Below are positions 46,522-58,656 of a stretch of DNA of 64,000 nucleotides, piece after piece; position 1 is the first letter of the stretch; each line of letters begins with the position of its first letter. The notes beneath the pieces are model-generated. The model was given only the letters and a program-made list of their open reading frames with translations, was not told where the DNA came from and searched no databases. A program made the position numbers and the translations under genes. This DNA is from Vitrella brassicaformis CCMP3155. Lineage: Eukaryota; Protista; Chromerida. Location: NCBI GenBank assembly GCA_001179505.1, contig CDMY01000256.1:62001-126000 (forward strand). Reading direction: 5' to 3'.

Positions 46522-48501
46522 ATGGCGTCTGAAGTTCGGCAACGGACCGCGGCGCTGCGGCCGACTGCCGCAGCCAAGAGTGTCCTCAAGATGACGGCTG
46601 CCGCTCTCGTGTGCTGCCTGGGATGCCTCTCGACAATTGCCGTGGCGCAAAACAGCGCGGTGACTTCAGAGAAGCGCCGTGCCCTCTCAGTGCAGCGATG
46701 TGTGTGTGTCTTGTGTGTGTGTGCAGGGTGCGCAGAAGCTGCTGACATTGGCGCAGGTGGCCAGGGAGTCGCCCGACTACATCGTCCACCTCAACAACAC
46801 CGGATATAAGTAACCCACAGACAGGCAGACAGACAGGCAGACACAAGAATGGACACGCCTGATGACGTCTGTATACGTGTGTGTGTGTGTGTGTGCGTCA
46901 GGGAGTTTGCGATAAGGGCGCCTCGGCCGTACTATTTGGTTATCCTCTACACTGCCGACCCGCAGTACTGCGAAATCTGCGGGTGGGTGTCTGTCCGTCG
47001 CACATCAGACACACCGACGCACACCGCCAACGAACTCCCTCGGTGTGTGTGTGCAGTAAGATGGCGCCGTTCTACCAGCAGGTGGCCCTCTCCTACCACC
47101 TTGCCGGCGCCCACCGCCACACCGACCAGCACCTGCCCGTCCTCTTCGCCACGGTCGAGGCCAGCAGAAACGACAAAGTCTTCCAACTGGTCAGCCACAT
47201 ACACACACACACACACAGCCAGCGACGGCCTGCACACACACGTGTGTGTGTGTGTGTGTGTGTGTGTGGGCGGTGCAGCACGGCCTCAAGACGGCGCCCC
47301 ACGTGTTGGTGACCGACTCGCGGTCCTTCAAGAAGGCCGGCAAGGGCGGGGTGGTGGCCTTCAAGAAGGGCGACCAGTACAAGATCGATCAGTCGTCCTT
47401 CGCCGACGCATCCTCACTGCTCACCTTCGTCAACCAAAAGACCGGCAGAGCGGTCCGCAGCGACGGATGGCTCGCACACTCCCTGACTGACACACTGAGT
47501 GTGTGTGCGTGTTTGTTTTTAGATTGAGATGCACTACAGTTTTCAGGAGCGGATGACTCGCATCGTCACCCTCCTCTTCGTCCTGGCGTGTGGGCTCGGG
47601 TTTCTATGCGCTGCCTGGTGGGCCGTTCTTCGCTTCCCAATACTCATCCCCATCGGGGCAATGGTCAGACTCACAGACACAGACAGACAGACAGACAGCC
47701 AAAGAGCAGCAGCCGTGTGTGTGTGTGTGTGTGTGTGCAGTTGGTTCAGTACGTGTCGACGAGTGGGATCTTCTACAACATCCACCACGGCATGCAGCTC
47801 TTCGGCTATGACGGCAAGAAAGTCGTACACATCGCCAGAAATGTACACAGACAGACACACAGACAGACACACAGACAGACAGACAGACAGAGAGAGAGGC
47901 CGTGTTGGGCCACACACGTGTCTGTGTGTGTTTGTGTGTGGGTGGCTGGTGCAGACGCGCATGCAGTACTTGGGCGAAGGCCTGATGATGAGCGGCTGCA
48001 GTAAGCACACACACACTCGTGGATGGCCGAGAGTTGAGGACGTGTGTGTGTGTGTGTGGTCAGTTGTGGCGGCGGCGTTGGCTCTCTATATGTCGGCCTA
48101 CCTGCCCAAGTTCGACACTCTGCGAAAGTACGACAGAGAGGAAACCGCCGGGGGCGTCGCACTCTCTCACCGTCTTGGAGGCTATACCATTGCTATCGCG
48201 CTCTCTTTCTCTCTGTCTGTCTGTCTGTGTGTGCCATGTCTTCAGGAAGAATCTGACGAATGCCATGGCGATTTTCTTTTTCTGCGTCTTCGTCGGCTTC
48301 ACTTACATTGTGCGTGAGATCCGATCCGCCCCCACACAAACACACAGGCCAACACACACACACGCCACGCTGCGCTGTGTGTGCGTTGTATAGGTGTTGA
48401 ATGTGTACGAGATGAAGACCGGTTGGTACCACCCAACGTTCTTCCCGCCGCAAGACTACATGAGGGGACCCCTCAGGGCCGACCAGGGCAACGCATTCTG
48501 A
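46522..48501 (+). CDS. OST3: Oligosaccharyltransferase subunit OST3/OST6 (MAGT1/TUSC3 family)
   Basis: Signal peptide; PRPYYLVILYTA..CEIC thioredoxin-like motif; TMs; SGIFYNIHHG; QYLGEG; TGA at 48499-48501. Confidence 0.88.
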
Positions 48502-48823
48502 CTGACTGATAATGCGGGGACCCACTCCCTCCCACCTGTACAGAGAGAGGACAGCTAGTTGCATGCCTGCCTGCCTGCCTGATGCAGTGATACACGTACG
48601 TGCAGACCAGACGCGCGTCTAATTCGTTCATTCATTCACTGGACAGTCCAGCCGTGCTGCATTGCATGGAGATAATGCGGATTCATTCCTGCAGGCCATG
48701 CTTGTTGTATGCACGTCAATTCAATCGAATATGATCCGTGCCACAGATCGATTCTGTCTCGGTGTCTCAGTCTACATACCATATACTGCACCAACCAACA
48801 GCCACTCACGTAGCCACGACTGT

Positions 48824-51800
48824 TCACGAGAGCGGGCAGCATGACGCACCTTTGCTCCTAGGGCTCTTAGGGCTCTTGGGCGAGGGCGGTTCTTCGGGGG
48901 GCGGTGCCGCGCCATCATCAGATGCCCCTTCTCCCTCTTTCTCTTTCTCTTGCGTGGGTTCCTGCTCAGCTGGTTGTTCTGGTGCCGCTTCTGGCTGAGC
49001 CTCCCCTTCATCCTGAGGCTCCTTTGGAGGCTCCACCGTCGCCTCCACATCTCCTCCACCATGTTGCCCAACTGGTGTGGTGTCATCCCCACCACCCTCC
49101 TGCTGCTCCTGCTTCTGCTGCTGCATCTCGTCAGGGCGGGCCGGGCTTGCTTCCTCCCCTTCGAGTCTCGGTCCTTCTTGCTTGTGAGGTTTGTCGCCAA
49201 CGCTGGCCGACCGGGCGGGGCCGTGTGGTGGAGGTGGCGGTGGTTTGGGGGGTTTCTCTGACGGGGGCATCGTGTGACGGCGAGTGGTGCTGTCTCTGTC
49301 CCTTCCCCCTTCCAGCGCATCCACCAGCACTGACATGGCGTCGTCCGCCTCACCCTCAGCTTCAGCTTCAGGGGCCGCCTTGTCGCCTTCGGCCCTCACA
49401 ATGAGCTCGCTCGCAATGGAGGAAGAGCTGCCCGACACCATGCTGCGGTCGGTGAGCTCTGACTTGGAATACACCAGAGAGTCAGCCACTTGTGCCGGGG
49501 CGGGCTGGTCTGTCGGCGGGGGCGCCTTGCTGATGTGTATGGGTGCCACAGATGGGCGCTTGTGTGGCTGTGGCTGTGGCTGCGGCAGTGGCACGTCGAC
49601 GAGGTGCATGTCAGCGAGAAGTGGGTAGAGTGCGGCCTGCATTCGGCGGGGCGAGATGCGGGGGGCGGAGAGCTTGAGGAAGGTGCCCAGAGATTTGAGC
49701 AGCGGGGGCGGGCCCATGGCCTGGGCGTCGTCAAGATTCTCGTCTGGAATCACCACAATGTCCTGATCAGGACAAACAAGGGGAAGACCAGATTGATGTG
49801 TCCGTGGATACTGACTGACTGACTGACTGACCTCTGCCTCGTCCAGGTGTTCCTGAATGGCCTCCTGGTGCGCCAGCAGGAAAGCCGCACTCACACGAGA
49901 CAGCTAACACACACGCACACACACACACACAGAGGAAGAGAGAGAGAGACATCCTCTGTGATAAGGCGTCCATGTCGCCATGCGCCCACCGCTTTGAGCA
50001 AGACGGCCTGCCCCGCGAGAATGAAGACGTCCCAAATGTATTTGGTGGTGTCGATCGGGAGGCCATTGCCGCACCAAAGGGCCGACCAGAAGGGCAGCAG
50101 CAGATACGAAAGGCACCGGTGCACCAACCAATCTCGGTCCTCATCTGCGCGTTGCTGGGCTGCTGACGACCCATCGCTGGTCTGCTCGAGAACGGGGGCG
50201 GCCTGGCCACCATTGTCACTTGAATCGCCTCGCGTCCGCAGCAGCTGCACCAGAAGGGCCTCGCTGTGCTCACGGATGACATCGTGACAAGCCGCCAACA
50301 CATCTGCGCGTCAGCGACAGAAGCAATCCCGCCAGTTCTTTCCCCCTCTCTCCTCCCACCCACCTTTGAGTGGCTGTTTCAGATCGCCGTTGAGTGCCAT
50401 CATGACCATCCCTCCCTCTCCTCCCCCATTGATGTCCCTCGAGTTGCTCCGCAGCCTCTGCACAGCCATGAAGCTCTGCCTGGACGACACCTCGCTGCTC
50501 TGCCGGCTCCGTCCCCCGCCCCACATGTCCAGGCCACGCGCACGCAGCTCACGTAGAGAGCTGAAGACGGGGGAGGGCGGCAGGTGGCGCGTCAGGGGGG
50601 CAAAGTGCTGAAGGGCGGCGAGGTAGCGCTCCACGAGGTAGGGGACCTCGTCAACACGGCTCTGGTATACCTCCTGTTAGTCGATGGTGGGAGAGAGGCA
50701 GCATGGCTTCCATTGTTGGTCGTGTGGGTGACGGTCAACGGCCGTACCACGATGGTGAGAGCAGCGTAGAGGTGGTATCTCTGCAGAGGGCCCATGCGGC
50801 CAAGCGCATCGACATAGGACGCCAGAGACTTGGCCGTCACCACCCATCTGATGAGCAAACAGGAGAGAGGGAGACATGAACATAGAGAGACGTGATGCCC
50901 ACACCCACCGTGGCTGGAAGGCGGGAAGGTGGGCGGACTGATGACATGAGTCAACGAATTAATGAGTCACTCGTAAGCAGAGACGGGTCTCATTCTTTAC
51001 CACGAGCGTGTTGAGTTTCTCGAGGATGCGGAGGTCGTTTGGGGAGATGGCTGCAGTTATCAATCGACATAAGGAAAAACACACAGTGTACGCGTCATGC
51101 ATCCAAAGAGAGACGCCCACCCATTCTATGCCGGTCGTTCTCCTCGTATTCCTTCCGCCCTTTGGCATCCACCTGTGGGGCAGCCAGGCAGAGAGACAGA
51201 CACAATGGGCTGGCTGCAATGTCTGTCATCCTCCTGCTCACCAGGTGAGTCTCCCATAGAGGCCTCCGGAGATCATTGGGTATCCTCTGTGCCACCAGCT
51301 GCAGCAGCACCGGCCTGTCGAGGTCCGGGGACACTGTCGCTGTCAGCAGATGAGACACCCCGAGGGCCGCCCCTGATGACCGATTATTGAGCCATTCGCT
51401 GCACTTGCTGAATGATGCGCATGGCTGTGGCTGGCTCCGGTGCATACGTATACGTGCTCACTTCTTATGAGGTACTCGGCCTGAACAACGAGACTTTGAC
51501 AGAAAGACGTTTTCTCTCCTCGTTACTTTCTTCCCGTACCTGGTCCGCTTTGGAGAGGCACTTTCCGTCGACTGTGTCCGCCGCCATGATGCCCCCCTGC
51601 CCCTGACCATCCCCCTCTCCAGCCTTGAGGGCATACCGCTGCAGGTCATCCAGCAGGTGGCGGTCGACGATCTCCCGAAGGCCCTGCACAAACTCGCCAT
51701 ACACATCCGGGTGCTCCCGCCGCATCTCGGCGTAGGTCTGCCTGACGAGCAGCCGCTGCCTGGCGTCACTCAGATCGGTGAAGAACAGAGGAGGGGCGCC

Positions 51801-51963
51801 AGGGGCTGGCTGAGCTGGCGGCTTCGCGCCACTGCTGTCGGTGGCCACTTTATGGCGGAGGGAGTCCAGCAGCCCTGAGTGCATGCATGGACAGGGTGTG
51901 CTGACATGTCACACAGGAGGGGTGCACTCGCTCACGTGTCCGCAGCTGATCCCATGAAGGCAT
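48824..51963 (-). CDS. Divergent TBC (Rab-GAP)-like protein
   Basis: IPNDLRRPLWETHL (TBC motif A) and LPIDTTKYIWDVFILAGQAVLLKAVGAAFL (TBC C-terminal motif); probable start MPSWDQLRT; ends SPKSPKSPRSKGASCCPLS*. Confidence 0.7.
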
Positions 51964-52189
51964 CTTTGTCGCTGCAGAGAAAAAGGAAACCGTGACGGGG
52001 ACTACAATTTCATGGCCACAAAGCTGCATTCGTTACCTTCTTTGTGGCTCTGCTGCAGCCACTGCTCCATCATTCTGTAACGTCGTGCGGTGAGGGTGAG
52101 AACCAAGGAGAGAGTCCCGGGTCCAATTCGATCGCGACTTTTCTGCTCCCAAAGTGCCTTCCGCCCCCTCTCTCGGCCTTTTCACCACC

Positions 52190-55100
52190 ATGCTGAGCCG
52201 CGCGGTTGCCGCCACTCATGGGGGAGTGGTTGTGCACGACAATTACACCGATGACTCGTCAGCCTCAAGGTCCCCCGGGAGGCGGCCACACCGCTTCAGT
52301 CGCTATCGGCCATTCAAGGGCTTCAGGTAAGCAGATGGATGCATGGCTTCACACGCGAAATGCACGGGTTTTCTTCGTTTCCGCTGGGCATTCATGCAGG
52401 TCCCGACGAGTGATCCAGATGATAGGCAAGGACGACTCGCCGGTGAGTCGGTCGCCGTCCATGGCCCAGTCGGAAGCGGCGGGGGGCGATGGGCAGCCCT
52501 ACACACACACCACCCAGTTCAACCTTGGAGTGGGGGCATTCATCATGCTGAATGCCGGTCAACTGCAGACAGACAGACAGACAGACAGGAATCAGCGAGA
52601 GAGAGAGAGAGATGGCAATTCTGTACAGATGCCCGTGTTGTTTTGGTTTGCAGTGTACATCGGTGTCGAGACGGGTGGGCCTGCCTGGTGCGAACCGCCA
52701 TGTATGTGTCTCACATGTGTGTGTCTCATGTGTGTGTTGGGTGCATGAAGACAATCGTAACGACGCCGATCCTGAGCCAGTGTGGCAGGTCTTCGAGGTG
52801 ACTGAGCTACATGATGGACAACAAGATTATCCCATTGATGCATTCATTGCGTGCAGATCATCTTCATGTGCGTCTTCACCATTGAGCTCATTCTCCGCTT
52901 CACCACTGACGGAATCCGCTACTTCAACGGTCGGTCAGTCACGACTCACAACACCAGCAAAGCAACTTTCTCCCTCTGTGTCTGCGCCTCTGTGTGTGTG
53001 CATGACAGACCGGTGGAATCACCTTGATTTCGTGTTGGTAGTGCTGAACATTGTGGACACGCTCATTCTGGGTCTGTTGATGGGCGGCTCGACCAACCTG
53101 CGTGTGCTGAGCATACTGCGAATACTGCGGATGCTCCGGCTCGTCAGGCTCGTCAGACTCCTTCGCGTCTTCAAGGAACTCTGTACGTGTCTGTGAAGAG
53201 CGGCTTGACGTGCTGAGAGACATGTCTCTTTTTGTGTGTTTGTGTCAGGGCTGATTGTGAATGGCATGCTGCAGTCGACAAGGACGCTCGGATGGTCAGC
53301 CGCCTAGAGGGGAGGGAGAGAGATACATGAAGATATGTACTTGTCTGTTTGTCTGTCCTTCGATCGATCAGGGTTGCGATGCTGCTGTCCCTCGTCATCT
53401 ACATGTATGTGGGCGCACGCCCTTACATATCAAAAAGCTTCTTTGCCAACTGTCTATCGGTGGGTCTGTGCAGTTCTGGGGTGTTCATCACGATTCAAGT
53501 GGGCAAGAACTCGACTTATGATGACAACTTTGAGGAGGGCAAGAAGAAGGCATACTTTGGAACAGGTAGACCAACAGGGAAGCTGACCGTGAAATGTCCG
53601 CACTCTGCGTGTCTTGTTTCCTCTGCTGTATCTCCAGTGGCCAAGTCCATGTACACGCTCTTCCAAAGTGAGTAGGCAGACAGTGGTGCATGTAGGCCAG
53701 CGTCGGTCCCCACTATCCCTTTCTTACATTTTGTGTGAAATGGCAGTTTTGACGCTCGAGGCATGGAACATGGAGTTTGCGGTCAGCCTGCTCATCCCAT
53801 AATCATTTCCCCTTGCGGTGTGACCTCTTGGCTGTTGGCTGTCTGTTTGCCTTGCAGCGTCCCCTTGTGCGCACGACGCCCTACCTGTTGTTTTTCTTCC
53901 TGCTCTATCTGATGCTCACCACATTCGGACTGCTCAATCTGGTCGTCGGTGCAATCGTCGAGGTCAGCCAGTCACGCGCCACAACACCCGAATGCCGGCA
54001 GACAGACAGACAGACAGACAGACAGAGAGGTCATCTGCACTTGTTTTGGTGTTTGGTATGCGTCACAATGCATCAACCAGAACACCCTTGGGGCGACGAG
54101 ACAGGAGCAGGAGAAGGCCATCAAGCGTGCAATGCACGAGGAGAAACGAGTGCTAGGTCAGTCGGATACAGCAGAGCAGACAAAACATACTTGAATGTGT
54201 GTGTGTGTGTGTCGATCGGCTCGGCAGCGTCGTTGCGTCAGGTGTTTGAGGAGGCAGACGAGGACGGTGGTGGCACGCTCACACAAGACGAGTTCATGGA
54301 AGTCTTATCGGTCAGTCAGTCAGCCAGCCAATTCTGAATGGCAGCCGGCACACACCCACCAAGTTGTGCGTGCATGTGCCTGAATGACTGAGATCAGAAG
54401 CCAGAGGTGACTCAGCGGTTTGAGATGGCGGGGTTCCCCACCCAGAATCTCAACCATCTGTTCGGCATCCTCGACGAAGACGGATCAGGTGCGTCGTGTA
54501 TGTCCGTATATTTTCGTGTATGTTTGTCGCGTGCATTCTGCATCCATCTGTTCGGCATCCTCGACGAAGACGGATCAGGTGCGTCGTGTATGTCCGTATA
54601 TTTTCGTGTATGTTTGTCGCGTGCATTCTGCAGGCGATTTGACGATTGACGAGTTCATCAACGGCTGCATGAAAATGAAAGTGGGCTGAGGAAAAGAGGA
54701 AAAGAAAATGATGAGGGAATCTTCTTGTTAATGATTGTGGATTCATTTGGTGATCAGGAGATATCCAAGAGCAGAGACATGCTGGATCTGTACATCAAGG
54801 TAAGCAAACAAGCGGTGCCTTTCATTCATGCGCGTCACGTCATCAGCCCCCCATGTGTGTCTATCTCCCTGTCTGTCTGTCTGTCTGTCTGTCTGTCTGC
54901 AGGCCAGGGCCACATCGACTTCCCTTACCAAGATAGAGACACAAGAGGCGGTTGGCACAGCATCTCTCACTCTCACTCCCACATCCCCACGTATGTTATG
55001 CGCACATTCTGTACGTATCCATCCCAGACCCTCACCGGCGGCTACGAGCAGCTCAAGCGAGACATGGATGACGTCATCAGAGAGCTCTCCTCGTCAGCTC

Positions 55101-56053
55101 GGCCAGCATACAGAAGACGCACCGTAGCCGACGCCAACCCCAACGCCCCTCCGCCCGACCTCCACACATCCTCTCCCAACATTGACGCCATGTCAGATCC
55201 CCAATCCCTCCCACGGTCGCCCAAGAGCCGGCAGAGCAGAAGGGCCTCTCGTGAATGCAGCCCCGAGAAGTCTTTGCTGCCTGGCCATCCAGTCAGAAGG
55301 CGGTCTCGGTCACCGATGAGCCAGGAGAGACCCGTCAGCCCCAAAGCCAAGAGCAGGGACGGCAGCCTCGGAAGAAGCGACCCCTTCATGCTGGGACTGC
55401 GGTCGCCACCTGTGTCTCGCGAACGGCTAATGCCGCCCATACCGTCCCGCTTCGGCATCCCGATGCCTTCCTCCCCGGCTGAGTACCCTTTTGCACTCGA
55501 CCCCCGCCCCACCACGAGCCCAAACGAGGTTGCCCGCTCGGCTGCCTACGTTTTCCGTCCCTCCGGCCCCAACAGCGGCCTGGAGCCGGTGGATGCCATC
55601 TCACCGCCAATGGCCCCCCCTCAGCCACACGCGGGTCTTACCCATCCACTCGGCTTCAACAGAAGGGAGCGACACTTTGTGAGCCCGGCGAGGGAGGCGG
55701 GATTGGCGCCATCTCCACACTACATGCAGAACGGCAGACGCGGGTCCACCTGGCGGCGACAGACCAACCTTGGTATGCTCTTCGCCGCCCCTCCCCTGCC
55801 CGGCGCAGTGGTCCGTCGGTCTGTGCTGTACTCGACAGATGAAGACGAGAAGGAAGAGAAGCAGCAGGCGTCGGGGACGCAGCGCAAGAACGTGAATGGT
55901 TCGACGTCGGGCGGTGAGCTGGGTAGCTCGCCGGACACATCGGGTGACGAGGGAGTGAGGCGTGAGAGACGGCAGAGAGAGGGACCGCCTGAGCTGCGAC
56001 TGCCGCTGCCCAACAAGAGGGGAGGAGACACTTTGGATAAAGGACAACCATGA
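52190..56053 (+). CDS. Single-domain (6-TM) voltage-gated cation channel, BacNav/EukCat/CatSper-like, with two EF-hands
   Basis: WNHLDFVLV (S3); S4 LRVLSILRILRMLRLVRLVRLLRVFKEL; pore YTLFQILTLEAWN; S6 FGLLNLVVGAIVE; EF-hands DEDGGGTLTQDE and DEDGSGDLTIDE. Confidence 0.92.
54454..54633 (+). repeat. 90-bp perfect tandem duplication spanning an exon end, a splice donor and an intron
   Basis: ccatctgttcggcatcctcgacgaagacggatcaggtgcgtcg...gcattctgca at 54454 and 54544. Confidence 0.97.
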
Positions 56054-56203
56054 GTCTGACCGACGTCTTTCTGTGTGTGCCCTTTTCTGACTGCTGTAGC
56101 ACTCACCTGTTTCGGTTGGTAGAAGGGAGGAGTCAGGGTCGTAGCCTCCATAGATGGGTGGATCGGGGCGTTTTGACCGATTTGTCAGGCAGATTTGTGC
56201 ATA

Positions 56204-56311
56204 GATGGATGGCACACGTCGGTCTGTCACACGGCGGCCATGCTATTCAGCCAGAGGTTGGGTAGTTGAAGAGTCCACACGATAGACACACATACATTTT
56301 GTGTCTGCGTG
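56204..56311 (+). repeat. ~108-bp direct repeat, copy 1
   Basis: gatggatggcacacgtcggtctgtcacacggcggccatgctattcagccagaggttgggtagttgaagagtccacacgatagaca; 85 bp identical to the copy at 58452. Confidence 0.95.
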
Positions 56312-56665
56312 CCACCAGGCACCAGCCACGCAGATCGACATTCGCTGGGTGTACATAGAGGGGCATCGAGGGACTGGATGGGTGTTCAGACCACCTTTTC
56401 AATCAGATTGAAGCAGACAGTTTTCCAATAGCTGACACCAAATGGTGGTCTCCATTTGGACACGAAACACCTCCATGTGGGAATTGCATCACCAAACAAT
56501 ATCCCATGCTCTTGGCGTCTCAAACGGCCTTTGCCCTATGCTCAGCTTACACGTCTTGCGGCCTCTCTTACGGCCGTGACCACCACCGCATACACATCGA
56601 AGTCACGACCGACTCTTGCGCTTCTGGAACAAACACGCAAACTCTACTTGACCTGCTTCCCGTCA

Positions 56666-57776
56666 TCAATCTCCATTCTTCTTTGGAATGAAGATGGCTT
56701 TGTCGCCATCAGCCTCGTTGAAATCTGATGGGAAGTAAAGCAGTTAGATCAGAAGCAAGGACGTGTATTCAGCCTCTGTGGGGCCACTTGTTCACCTTGG
56801 ATCTGTGCCATCTGTTTGTCCTTGTCGAGATCGTCCCGGAGAATGAACGTGTCAGCCCCCAGCCCTCCCATCATCGTGTCACCGAAATCTCCATCCAAGT
56901 CGATGATCAAGTCGTCGCCTGGCAGAAAGAGACACAGTTATAAAAAGGGTCTGAGCGTCGCTCAGGTACCTGGGCCCCCTTTAACACGATCGGTGCCGCT
57001 GTCGCCGGACAGATTATCATCGCCCGGACCGCCATCCTGCACCCACCAGTGCGAGAGAGCTCAGTGACCTGTGCGCTGCAGGTGATCTGCTCCGGTCTGC
57101 CTCCTCACCAGAAGGTCATTGCCACTGTCGGCATTCATGAAGTCCTTCCCCTCTCCACCAAACAGACGATCGTCCTACAGACAGGACGGCCAATAAGGAG
57201 GGAGACGTGCACCGCTGACAACCATGTGGCTTACGCCAGACTGTCCAGTGACTTCGTCGTCGCCCGCTCCGCCTGAATGGACAGAGTTGGGTGGACACAG
57301 ATTGCTTAGGATGTAGACTGAGAATGAGAAGCGCCTACCGTCGACTGTGTCTGCACCCTCCTGGCCCCGGAGGATCTGAATGTGTGTCAGCGATACATGC
57401 CCACACTTGACAGCCAATACTCTCCTGGCTTACGTCATTTCCCTCTCCTCCAAATATCGTATCATCGCCTTTTTTGCCTCTCACGAGATCATCCCCGCCC
57501 AGCGCATACATGGTGTCCCCTAAGTCTGTCCCCTCGAATGCCTTGTTCCGGGGATAACCGCCTTTGGAAGCTTCACCGTCATCCCCATCAGTCCCGACGA
57601 GGGGCGGCGCAGTGGTCACTCCCTGGAGATGCCGATGGAGCGACGGGCTGCAGCTGGACGGGAGCACCAATGCCACCGCCACACCTGCAATACACACCGC
57701 GATATCGTGATCCCGAGGAGCAACTTAAGCTTTGTCGACGATCATTCTTACACAGCCAAATCAGGTCAAAGCGCAT
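56666..57776 (-). CDS. Secreted RTX/hemolysin-type Ca2+-binding repeat protein (3' end uncertain)
   Basis: Spliced signal peptide MRFDLIWLCVAVALVLPSSC; nonapeptides ALGGDDLVR, GKKGDDTIF, GGEGNDILR, GQEGADTVD, GGAGDDEVT, GGEGKDFMN, GGPGDDNLS, GGLGADTFI; serralysin-like IQDFNEADGDK. Confidence 0.85.
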
Positions 57777-58451
57777 CTTTGCTCCAAGACTGTTGCCTTT
57801 GTGATCACAAACAAGAAAGCGAAACAAGCTGGAGCCCATATACATATACGATGGCCGTTGTGCAAGTATCGTCTTCAATAATGTACGAAGTAGACGAACT
57901 ATTATATAGGCGCAACTTGTGGGCCAAAGCTGGCTCTGCGGCCGGAAGGCTTAGGCTGGAATGTCTGCCCGTGGGGCCAGCCCTGCAGGTGGATGTCCAG
58001 CCCTGCAGTCAGAAGGCCATCCCTCCACCCACAGGGCCAGCCCTGCAGCCACAGGGCTGGCCTCTGCGGGACGAGTTAACTGTAGTGCATATGGATTTCG
58101 TGTAATATGACGGAGGTGCTGTTCTTTCTTATCCATGTGGTGAATGGCGACACTGACATTCCAGTCCTTCGTCATCCATTCGTCACTTTTGCCGCAAAGC
58201 GGAAGCTGAGTGCTGATGGAGAGGCGTCACGTTAACAAGCCAATGCAGAACCCTGCCCATTTATGAAGCGAGCGATTCCCCTGAGGGATTAGATACGCCA
58301 CAATGGAAGGCATGTCTATTACTCGCAGCGGCAGTGTCGCAAGGGCGCAGTCCATCGTGGAGCTTGTGTACCGGCAGGTCGACCAAGAGAACACGCTAAC
58401 TGGCTTGACGCAGAGGCAGCCACTTACCGAGGACTTGTGCATGGATGAATG

Positions 58452-58559
58452 GATGGATGGCACACGTCGGTCTGTCACACGGCGGCCATGCTATTCAGCC
58501 AGAGGTTGGGTAGTTGAAGAGTCCACACGATAGACATACATATATTTTGTGTGTGCGTG
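58452..58559 (+). repeat. ~108-bp direct repeat, copy 2
   Basis: Matches 56204-56311 at an offset of 2248 bp with about 3 mismatches. Confidence 0.95.
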
Positions 58560-58656
58560 TCTGTGTTTCTATGTGTCTGTCCATGCCTGAATGCTCATGG
58601 GGTGTCGTGTGTGCTCTCAGACACGTACAAGTGCTCTACGCTAATGTCTTGACTCC

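Noticed and set aside
56204-58559. LTR retrotransposon
   Set aside because: Repeats lack TG...CA ends, and no PBS/PPT, gag or pol was seen; retained only as a direct-repeat-bounded cassette
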